Positions 56,110 to 64,000 of a stretch of DNA of 64,000 nucleotides are shown here, piece after piece. Numbering within the stretch: position 1 is the first letter of the stretch; every line of letters begins with the position of its first letter. The position numbers and the translations under genes are program-made. The DNA is from Deltaproteobacteria bacterium. GTDB lineage: Bacteria > UBA10199 > SPLOWO2-01-44-7. A model generated the notes under the pieces. It made no database searches, was not told the DNA's origin, and worked only from the letters and a program-made list of their open reading frames with translations. The stretch is from NCBI GenBank assembly GCA_016203765.1, contig JACQMB010000145.1, forward strand, positions 72,964-136,963. The letters are read 5' to 3'.

Positions 56110-56662
56110 CAACAGACAAGGACAAGCCGCCGTGGGTTATGCCCTGGCCCTGGCCGTCGTGGCGGTCGGCATGGGTGTGGTTTTAAACAGCCCCGAGCTG
56201 AGGCAGGGGATTGCCGAATTTTACACCAACGCCGCCACCCGCGTTATTCATGGCGGAAAATTCGGCGAATCCGATTTGACCGCCGCCAAGGATGAAACAT
56301 GGGGATCAGCGCCTTCGGATGAAACGGCCGGAACGCCGACTGAAAGCGGAACTCCCTCCGGCGGGGACGGCACGGGTGCCGGAGATGGTTCCTCAGGCGG
56401 TTCTTCGGATTCCGGGCAGACCACCCAGACAGGGGGCGGCGGCTTGGGGACCGGGGGGGTGAATACCCCGGGAACGGTTCCGGGCGAGACGACTGCTTCC
56501 ACGGGTCCCTCGACGCAACCCACCGCGCCAACGGGCTCCGTCCCGCCGGAACCCGGCGCGCCGAAAGGTCCCTTTGCCGATCAAAATATGTCTTCCGCCC
56601 CGGTTGAAAATCCGCAGGAGCCGGCGCAATGCGAAGCGGCGGCGGATAGCGCCGGAATATGA
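56096..56662 (+). CDS. Pilin-like protein with a non-canonical Flp-type N-terminus and a Gly/Ser/Thr-rich tail
   Basis: NNRQGQAAVGYALALAVVAVG resembles the Flp G/xxxxEY motif with E replaced by G. The C-terminal ~120 aa is G/S/T/P-rich. Stop overlaps the RHS-2 start. Confidence 0.45.
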   Translation: MRKINNRQGQAAVGYALALAVVAVGMGVVLNSPELRQGIAEFYTNAATRVIHGGKFGESDLTAAKDETWGSAPSDETAGTPTESGTPSGGDGTGAGDGSSGGSSDSGQTTQTGGGGLGTGGVNTPGTVPGETTASTGPSTQPTAPTGSVPPEPGAPKGPFADQNMSSAPVENPQEPAQCEAAADSAGI

Positions 56663-59600
56663 TGAAAAAACAAGTGAGCGCAAAACTTGTTTCATCGGGG
56701 GCCGTGATTTTAGGCTTGGCATTTTTTGTTTTTGTTTCCGGTCCGTTCGTCTCATCCATCCAAAGCCAGGATATCGATCAAAGCATTCAATCCCTGCGGT
56801 CGTTTGACTACCAGAAGGCGACCGACCTGGGAAAACTGGAGGACTACGCCAAGAAAGAGGCGCGGAAGTTCATGGGCCAGGCGGAGGTCAAGGAGAAGAT
56901 GGAGAGTTGGGTGAATGAGGCCAAGGAGGCTTGGACGGACGCGCACGGCAAGATGTATCAATTGCCGGCTCGGGGGGCCTCTGTTCCCTGGGAGTCGAGG
57001 CCGGAATACCGCGACTATTTGAAAAAAGAATTGACCAACCAGATGCAGGTGAAATTTCCGGGCATGATGGATCAGTTCATGAAGAACAACGTCTTGCAAG
57101 GGGCGCAGGTCGCGGCGGAGGAGGCGGCGAAGGTGGAGAAGATGATCGGGGAGGTGACCGACCAGACCCTGAAGAACGTGGAGGGGATCGTGGGGGGAGC
57201 GATCGACCATTGGGGAGAGACCATACAAAGCGGCGGGGGGATGTTGACGGACAAGTTATTGGAGCCCGCCGCCTTTTTGGGCGAGATGCAGGAGAAGCTG
57301 GCCGGCAAGATGGGGGAGGCGACCAAGCTGGGGATGAAGGAATTTATCGACAAAGAGATGATCGGTCTGCTGGGGGAGAATTTTGAGCAGAAGCTGACCG
57401 ATCTGACCCAAGGGGCGGCGGAGACGTTGGAGGGGATCAAAGACAAGCTGGCGGACATCAAGCACATCGATTTAACCTCGATCGAGCAAAACCTGCAGGG
57501 GATATTGGACGCCTCCGGTCTTCCGAATCCTTTTAATTTATCGGCCGGCGATTATTTGGGACATCAGTTTCACAAGCTGAAGGGACTGCCCCCGGCGACC
57601 CTTCCGGACATCGAGATTCCCTCCCCGGCGATGGCGGGGATTTGGGCCTCTTCGGCGGCGAAGCATTTTGCCAAGGCCTTCGTGAAGTTTGATGAGCTCC
57701 GTGCCGGGATCAACCTGATCAAGCATTTGATTTGGCAGATGGAGAAGAAGCCTCGGTCGTTCATGATGTTTGGGGGTGATTTTGCGGGGCGCGGTATCTT
57801 TGGCGCGCACGGGGCGGCGGGGCTGACGCCGGAGCAGAAGGCCAAGCTGGAGGCGCTGATCGCGGAGGCGGAGGGCCTGCCGGAAGACATGGATCCGACG
57901 AAGATGAAGGAGAAGCTGGAGGGATTCAGGGATATTTTGGGCGAGTTCAAGGTGGAGATGGACAAGCAGATTTTGGCGATGGGGAAGCCCAACGAGGGTT
58001 ACGATCAACCCGATTTGGAGGGTGAGGAGAAGGAAAAAGATTGCGAGAAGGACCCGGAGCGGGAGGAGTGTCAATACGAGGAGGTAAAAGTAGCCAGCAA
58101 GGAGGATCAGACCGGGGCGACGGAGGAATCCCCTGAGGCCGACAGCGATTCGCCTTTGGACCCTGTTATTTTGTACAGCGGGGAGTACGCGTTAAAAGCG
58201 ACTGATTTGAAATTAAGGGGCCGGGGCCTCGATTTTGAACTGACCCGCCACTACCGCAACCAATGGGAGCGGATGGGGCCGCTGGGATACAACTGGACGC
58301 ACAACTACGATGAGAAACTGATTCTCGATTCCCAAAAGCGGGACATCGTGCATCAATCGCCGGAAGGCCAGCGTTATTGGTATCGCTGGGATGAGAAAAA
58401 ACAGCGCTTTGATTCTCCGCGCGGCTTTTTCACGAAGCTGACCCCAACCGAAGGGGGATTTGTTCTAAAGCAATCCGAAGGGCTTAACTATTATTTCAAC
58501 GGCGAAGGGCGGATGACCAGGATTGAAGACGCTCATCAGAACGCCCTGCGATTTGAATACGGCCTCGCGGGCGAGACAATGGTTTTGGTGCGCGTGATAG
58601 ACACGCTGGGGCGCGCGGTGGAGTACCGTTACAATGATGAGGGTTTGATTGCCTCGGTGGTGGATCCCTTTGGAAGGGAAGTGGTTTATACCCATGACGC
58701 TCAAAAAGACCTTGTGTCTGTCCGCTCGCCGGTGAGCGATCAATATCCGCAGGGGAAGACAACCCGCTACGCTTACAGCGGCGGGCTGTTGGAGCCGAGG
58801 CTCAATCACAATCTCAACATGATCATGGATCCGAAGGGGCAGATTTATTTAAAAAACGTCTACGGGGCCGAGGGATTGGAAAAGGACAAGATCACGGCGC
58901 AGTTGTTCGGGGGAAAAGAGAGCCTTCAGATGCGGGTGGAATACGAGGCGTTAAAGGCCAGCAAGCCGACGGTCAACACGGCGTTAAGCCGGACGACGGT
59001 CTGGGACCGCAAGGGGGTTCAACATAGCTATGAGCACAACGCCTGGGGCCTGCGTTTGAGTGAGCGGGCGGGAGAAAATCCGGCCGAGCAGTTTGAATAT
59101 AACCAGGACGGGCTTTTAACCAAACACGTTTATCCCGGCGGCAAGGAGGAGATTTTTACCTACGAAGGGAATCATCTCAAAGAATATCAACTGAAAGGCG
59201 AGGATGGAAAATCCCTGCTGGGCCGTTATGGCTATGACAAGCAATGGAATAAGGTTGCCTTTGAAGAAAGGATCTCCGGCACCGAGGTTCGCCGGAAAGA
59301 ATACGCGTACAATGACGCGGGGCTTTTGAGCGAGGCGCGTGAGGGGGGTGTCACCACCCGGTATGAGTACGATCCCTACGGCCGGATTGTTAAAAAGATC
59401 GAAGGGGAAAAGACGCGGACCTACGCCTATGACAAGGCCAACCCCATTGTTATTACGGACAGCACGGAGGGGGGAAGCCGCAGTATCACCATCGGTTACG
59501 ATCTTTACGGCAACATTCAGGCGGTGACCGATCCTGCGGGGAACCGGACCCGCTATTGGCTGAATGCCAACAACCTGGTGGTGCAGAAGGAAGATGCCTT

Positions 59601-62600
59601 GGGCCACAAGACCCATTACGCTTACGATGCCAATGACAATTTGGCCGAGGTGACCCGCGACGTGGCCGGAGCGCTGAACATCTCCGATCTCGGTTATCAA
59701 TTAAGAGAGCGCTACAACTACGATGTTTTGGATAACTTGGTCAAAAAAGAGTCGCAGGTCAACCGGGAGAAGTGGGTGGCGGAGGAGTATGCCTACGATC
59801 TCAATGAAAACCTGACGCGGATTAAGGGGATCGACGGGACCGCGAGGGAATTCGTCTACGACCCCTTCAACCGCGTGACGGAGGAGAAGGCCGGAGGCGA
59901 GACGCAGAGAAAGCTCGAATACGACGCGGACGGTTTTTTGATTGCCGAGAGCGACGCCAAGGGAAACCGGAAGGAATATCAAAGGGATTCGCTTTCACGG
60001 ATTGCCAAGTTTATCGATCCGTTGGGGAGTCAGCTGGCCCTGAATTACACCGGCCTGGGCGAGATTGCCGGGTATCAGTTTAAAGACGCCAAGGCCGCCA
60101 TTTTAAAGGAGGTCCGGTTTGCCTACGACGCCCTGGGGCGCAAAGTCTCCGAGGAAGAGAGGCTGGTCGGCTCGGCGGAAGGGACGCGGGATTGGGTGAA
60201 AAAGGAGTTTGTTTACGCGGGGCCCTTCTTAAAGGAAGTTAGAGATTCGCTGGGGCTGGTGCAGAAGTTTGGCTACAATTCCTTCGGCGAGGTCGCCGCC
60301 ATTGAAGATGCCTCCGGCAATGCCATTCAGCTTAGCTATGATTCGCGGGGTCTGATGACTCAAAGACAAATCACCAAAGCAACGCGTTCCTTAACCGAGC
60401 GCTATCAATACGATGCCTTGGGCCAGCTCATCAGCCAAACCGATGCCAAGGGGGCGAGTTTAAAAAGGGTTTATAACAGCTTGGGCCAGTTGATTAAAGA
60501 GATCGACCCTCTCAATCAGGAGACCCTCTATTATTATGACGGGATCGGAAGACTCCTAAAGGAAGTGCAGGGCGAAAGAGAGCGAAAACTTCTGTGGAAT
60601 GCCGACCAAATGCTGGAGGCTTTTATCGACGGCCAGGGCAATAAGGTCCAATACACTTACGACAACCAGGGGCGCAAAAAGGCCGAAGTGGGAACCGACG
60701 GCGTTCGGAGGGAATACGGCTACGACGCGGCGGGCAACCTGGCCTCTCTGACCGCCGGCGCCGCAAAGTATGACTACACCTATGACGCCCTCAATCGTTT
60801 GATCGCGAGGGCCAGCGGTGATTACAAACAAACTTACGGCTATGATCCGTTGGGGAGGCTGGTCGCCAGCACGGATCTCAATGACCCTGCCGATCCGGCA
60901 GACGACACCACCGCCCGGTTTGAATACGACCCTCTTGGCAATCTGGTCAAGGAAACTCAGGGTGAGCGGGTGTTAAGCAAGCATTTCAACATCCGGGGCC
61001 AAAAAACCGCCCTCTTCTACCCTTCGGGCGAAGAAGTAACGCAAAGTTTTGATCCCGCGGGCTGGCTGGAAAATATCCAGGTCAACGGCCAAACGATCAG
61101 CCAATATCAATACGCCCTGTTGGGTTTTACCCAAAAAGAAACCTTGGGCAACGGCATTACCAAAAACTTGAATTATGACAACTTAATGCGGCTGGTGGAG
61201 GAGAACTACCAAAAAGAAAAGAATATTCTCTCCAAACTGGCTTATGCCTACGATCTCAAAGGGAGAGTGATTTTAAAAGAGGATGTAAAGCAAAAGACCT
61301 GGGAAGTCTTTGGCTACAATAATTTGGATCAACTGGAAAAAGTAGGGAAGACCGAAGGTCCCAGAGGGAACAAAAATTCATGGGATCAGGCCTGGGCGCT
61401 GGCCGCAACCAAACGCGAATACACCTACGCCGCCGAGGGTCAGTGGCGAAGCATTATTGAGAAAGACGGAAAGAAGAAAGAAGAAGTCACAAACATCGCC
61501 TCCGGCGCGGGGTTTCAATACGCCTCCTTCAACGGCGAGTCCCTGGCCTATGATGAGCGCGGCAATCTCGCCTCCCTTAACAATAAACTTTCCTTTGAAT
61601 ACGATCCCTTCAACCGCTTAACCCAAGTCAAAGACAAGGCCACCAATAAGCTCGTCGCCAAATACACCTACGACGCCCACAATCGCAGAGTCAAAAAACA
61701 GATTTTCTTTGAAAACGTAAGGATGGGGCCGTTCGCGGCGAATGAGGCGGCGGTTTCGGATGAGGCCGCTGACGCGGGCCCCTACATCCGTTCCATCGAG
61801 TTCGTCTATGACAACTGGAACCTCATCGAAGAATACGAAAACGGCCAGCTCGGCAACGTCTACATCCACGGCAAATCGCTCGATGAACCCGTCGCGTTAA
61901 AGAGCAACGGCAAGATCTTCTATTACCACAGAGACCGCTTGGGATCGGTGACGGGCTTGAGCGATGAGCACGGCCGGATGGCCCAGCGCTATGAGTACAC
62001 AGAGTACGGCGCGCTGACCGCGCGGGGGCCCGAACCGCAACCAAAACTCCGCTACGCCGCCGCTAAGGCCTCCGATCTCGCCCCTATCGCCCCCATCGAC
62101 AACCCCCTCACCTACACCGGCCAATATTTCGACGCCGAAACAGGGCTCTACTATTATAAGAATCGCTACTACGCCCCCCAACTCGGCCAATTCACCTCGA
62201 AGGATCCTTTGGGCATGGTGGATGGGCCGAATGTGTATGCGTATGTAAATAGCGACCCGTTAAACTGGGTGGATCCGACGGGGACGTTTATTGGGTATCA
62301 TAGTAGTGGTGAAAAGGTAGGCACTCTAGCTAATGCTAGAGCAGAGATTGATCAGATTGTATGGGCATATGTTGAACAGCGTAGAATTGAAGAAAATAAA
62401 TGTCGAACGGGCGATTATAACGTAAAAGAAAATAAGAACATAAACTATAGTGAGTTGTTAGAAATTCTTACGACTCATTTTGATACAAGCAATAATCGCT
62501 TTTTTTACACATCAAAGGGTGGTTTTATGGATGTGAAGCATGTAGTTGCGGCAACTCAGAAAGCCTATGAATTGCCATGGTACATACCAGACTCTGCAGT

Positions 62601-63009
62601 ATTGGTTGGAGGTATGGAAGTTGAAAGAATTCAATCTAGAGCTGGTGATAAGAGTGCGTGGGGGGCTGAAGATTTAGTGTCAAATAAAGCAGGTGTGAGG
62701 TTTGAAAATAAATTGCCTGATAATTTGGCTGAGTTAGGAGCAACCTTTGAAAATTTTTTCGACAAAAAATATGGTGGACAGGGCGCAACCCCATCACAAT
62801 CTGATATAAGGAAAATGAATCAAGTCCTCAACTTTGGGTACAGACCATTATTATCTCCAGATGACAAAAGAATACTTACAACTGACGATGGAATAAAATA
62901 TCTATCTAGTGGGGACACATTGATTGATATAATCAATTTAAATGAATATAGGGAAGGTCAAAAAAACCCACAACCTATGCATCCTCCTTTTGAATCGTTT
63001 AATTTATAA
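56659..63009 (+). CDS. RHS/YD-repeat polymorphic toxin 2 (paralog of RHS-1 with a different C-terminal toxin domain)
   Basis: Same architecture as RHS-1, with a near-identical YD shell and core. After DPLGMVDGPNVYAYVNSDPLNWVD it diverges into an AT-rich ~240-aa tip. Confidence 0.9.
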   Translation: MMKKQVSAKLVSSGAVILGLAFFVFVSGPFVSSIQSQDIDQSIQSLRSFDYQKATDLGKLEDYAKKEARKFMGQAEVKEKMESWVNEAKEAWTDAHGKMYQLPARGASVPWESRPEYRDYLKKELTNQMQVKFPGMMDQFMKNNVLQGAQVAAEEAAKVEKMIGEVTDQTLKNVEGIVGGAIDHWGETIQSGGGMLTDKLLEPAAFLGEMQEKLAGKMGEATKLGMKEFIDKEMIGLLGENFEQKLTDLTQGAAETLEGIKDKLADIKHIDLTSIEQNLQGILDASGLPNPFNLSAGDYLGHQFHKLKGLPPATLPDIEIPSPAMAGIWASSAAKHFAKAFVKFDELRAGINLIKHLIWQMEKKPRSFMMFGGDFAGRGIFGAHGAAGLTPEQKAKLEALIAEAEGLPEDMDPTKMKEKLEGFRDILGEFKVEMDKQILAMGKPNEGYDQPDLEGEEKEKDCEKDPEREECQYEEVKVASKEDQTGATEESPEADSDSPLDPVILYSGEYALKATDLKLRGRGLDFELTRHYRNQWERMGPLGYNWTHNYDEKLILDSQKRDIVHQSPEGQRYWYRWDEKKQRFDSPRGFFTKLTPTEGGFVLKQSEGLNYYFNGEGRMTRIEDAHQNALRFEYGLAGETMVLVRVIDTLGRAVEYRYNDEGLIASVVDPFGREVVYTHDAQKDLVSVRSPVSDQYPQGKTTRYAYSGGLLEPRLNHNLNMIMDPKGQIYLKNVYGAEGLEKDKITAQLFGGKESLQMRVEYEALKASKPTVNTALSRTTVWDRKGVQHSYEHNAWGLRLSERAGENPAEQFEYNQDGLLTKHVYPGGKEEIFTYEGNHLKEYQLKGEDGKSLLGRYGYDKQWNKVAFEERISGTEVRRKEYAYNDAGLLSEAREGGVTTRYEYDPYGRIVKKIEGEKTRTYAYDKANPIVITDSTEGGSRSITIGYDLYGNIQAVTDPAGNRTRYWLNANNLVVQKEDALGHKTHYAYDANDNLAEVTRDVAGALNISDLGYQLRERYNYDVLDNLVKKESQVNREKWVAEEYAYDLNENLTRIKGIDGTAREFVYDPFNRVTEEKAGGETQRKLEYDADGFLIAESDAKGNRKEYQRDSLSRIAKFIDPLGSQLALNYTGLGEIAGYQFKDAKAAILKEVRFAYDALGRKVSEEERLVGSAEGTRDWVKKEFVYAGPFLKEVRDSLGLVQKFGYNSFGEVAAIEDASGNAIQLSYDSRGLMTQRQITKATRSLTERYQYDALGQLISQTDAKGASLKRVYNSLGQLIKEIDPLNQETLYYYDGIGRLLKEVQGERERKLLWNADQMLEAFIDGQGNKVQYTYDNQGRKKAEVGTDGVRREYGYDAAGNLASLTAGAAKYDYTYDALNRLIARASGDYKQTYGYDPLGRLVASTDLNDPADPADDTTARFEYDPLGNLVKETQGERVLSKHFNIRGQKTALFYPSGEEVTQSFDPAGWLENIQVNGQTISQYQYALLGFTQKETLGNGITKNLNYDNLMRLVEENYQKEKNILSKLAYAYDLKGRVILKEDVKQKTWEVFGYNNLDQLEKVGKTEGPRGNKNSWDQAWALAATKREYTYAAEGQWRSIIEKDGKKKEEVTNIASGAGFQYASFNGESLAYDERGNLASLNNKLSFEYDPFNRLTQVKDKATNKLVAKYTYDAHNRRVKKQIFFENVRMGPFAANEAAVSDEAADAGPYIRSIEFVYDNWNLIEEYENGQLGNVYIHGKSLDEPVALKSNGKIFYYHRDRLGSVTGLSDEHGRMAQRYEYTEYGALTARGPEPQPKLRYAAAKASDLAPIAPIDNPLTYTGQYFDAETGLYYYKNRYYAPQLGQFTSKDPLGMVDGPNVYAYVNSDPLNWVDPTGTFIGYHSSGEKVGTLANARAEIDQIVWAYVEQRRIEENKCRTGDYNVKENKNINYSELLEILTTHFDTSNNRFFYTSKGGFMDVKHVVAATQKAYELPWYIPDSAVLVGGMEVERIQSRAGDKSAWGAEDLVSNKAGVRFENKLPDNLAELGATFENFFDKKYGGQGATPSQSDIRKMNQVLNFGYRPLLSPDDKRILTTDDGIKYLSSGDTLIDIINLNEYREGQKNPQPMHPPFESFNL

Positions 63010-63014
63010 TTTGC

Positions 63015-63365
63015 ATGGCTAGATGGCTAAATTTTTACATCATTTTGGTTCTAATCTGTATTTCCACGTGCACTCAGAACAAGACTGATCATATTACCCA
63101 AAAAGATCCTTTTGAGATTTGGCGTTCAAAAAATTTAGGAGATCGGGGCAAAGTTGCTTATAAGGTGAGTCAGGAAATTTTAAAAAGAAAGCCGAGTAAA
63201 GATGAGATGCTTCAGTTATTAGGCGACCCCGACTTTAATGAGGGGGAATGTTTTTTGTATAAATATACGGCTTACTATAATTCTATGTATAATGACTGGC
63301 CCGAAACTCTAAGTGTTTGCTATAACCAGAATGGACAACTTCAAAAAGTTTTTCGAATGGATTAA
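63015..63365 (+). CDS. Putative immunity protein for the RHS-2 C-terminal toxin
   Basis: 116-aa AT-rich ORF 6 nt after the RHS-2 stop, with an N-terminal hydrophobic or lipobox-like segment. Confidence 0.5.
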   Translation: MARWLNFYIILVLICISTCTQNKTDHITQKDPFEIWRSKNLGDRGKVAYKVSQEILKRKPSKDEMLQLLGDPDFNEGECFLYKYTAYYNSMYNDWPETLSVCYNQNGQLQKVFRMD

Positions 63366-63372
63366 ATATTCT

Positions 63373-63386
63373 GGGGACACGATACT
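63373..63386. repeat. REP-like half element (ggggacacgatact)
   Basis: Same family as 32437, 33995 and 22412. Lies between the immunity gene and the transposase. Confidence 0.6.
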
Positions 63387-63480
63387 AGAGTGCAGTTTGA
63401 CCGCCCCTTTCCTTTTCGAAATCGGGCCCAGTAAAGGGGTCAAGTCTTGACATTTGCAAGGAGGGTGTTAGGAGGGGGAT

Positions 63481-64000
63481 ATGGCGAGGCCGTTACGGAT
63501 TCAATATAAGGGCGCTTGGTATCATGTGATGAACCGGGGAGGGGGTCGTCAGCGAATTTTTTGTGCGGGCAAGGATTATGAGATTTTCGTGAAACTTTTG
63601 GAGGAGTCGGTTGGACTTTGGGGCATTCGGATTCATGCCTTCAGTTTGTTGCCGAATCATTATCATTTATTGGTGGAGACCCCTCGGGGGAATTTATCGC
63701 GAGCCATGCGGCATATCGATGGAGTTTATACGCAACGGTTTAACAGGAATCACAAACGAGATGGGCATTTGTTTCGAGGGCGATATAGATCGATATTAGT
63801 GGAAGAGGAAGGCTATTTGGTGGAGTTGCTCCGCTACATTCATTTGAATCCGGTACGGGCGGGTTTAGTGAGGAAGCCGCAGGAGCATTGTTGGACGAGC
63901 CATCATGTTTACTTGGGAGGGGCCAAGGATCGCGGGTGGTTAACGACGGAGCGATTGCTTTGGTATTTTGCGAAGAGGTTATCGAAAGCCCGCAGGAAGT
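63481..64000 (+). mobile_element. REP-associated tyrosine transposase (RAYT, IS200/IS605 TnpA-like Y1 HUH), 3' end beyond the window
   Basis: WYHVMNRGGGRQRIF, HUH motif LPNHYHLL, and the catalytic-Tyr region RYIHLNPV. The frame is open to the window edge. Confidence 0.75.

Overview
This 64 kb window is GC-rich bacterial DNA. It is probably from an uncultivated Gram-negative lineage with diderm envelope machinery. It is densely coding and has no rRNA, tRNA or CRISPR that I could see. The first ~13.6 kb is a surface-glycan locus. It opens with a secreted Cys-rich repeat protein and a DUF4143 ATPase cassette flanked by a 42-bp direct repeat. It continues with an LmbE-like deacetylase, a polyprenyl-P sugar transferase, GT2 glycosyltransferases, methyltransferases and a CDP-glucose / CDP-4-keto-6-deoxyglucose / C-methyltransferase module. 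The minus strand from 13.8 to 19.8 kb carries a UDP-xylose branch (ugd, uxs) and then a four-gene inositol cluster: myo-inositol-1-P synthase, a nucleotidyltransferase, a HAD phosphatase and a CDP-alcohol phosphatidyltransferase. That gene set resembles the di-myo-inositol-phosphate pathway. Next come an HTH/sigma-like regulator, a radical-SAM/SPASM enzyme, an M48 peptidase, a frameshifted pbpC and a 1914-aa thioester alpha-2-macroglobulin lipoprotein. The most striking structure is in the last ~30 kb. Two ~2100-aa RHS/YD-repeat polymorphic toxins lie in inverted orientation with different AT-rich C-terminal tips and cognate small downstream genes. They bracket a complete Tad/Flp-like pilus-secretion operon: flp, tadE/G-like genes, cpaB, a cpaC secretin, a cpaE-cpaF fusion ATPase, tadB, tadC, TPR proteins, DUF192 and a non-canonical pilin-like protein. 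This operon is translationally coupled to the second RHS toxin. That suggests a Tad/Kil-like contact-dependent toxin-delivery system. AT-rich small secreted genes downstream of the first RHS are interspersed with a family of REP-like hairpins (GGGGACACGATACTTA...). A REP-associated tyrosine transposase (RAYT) begins at the window end.
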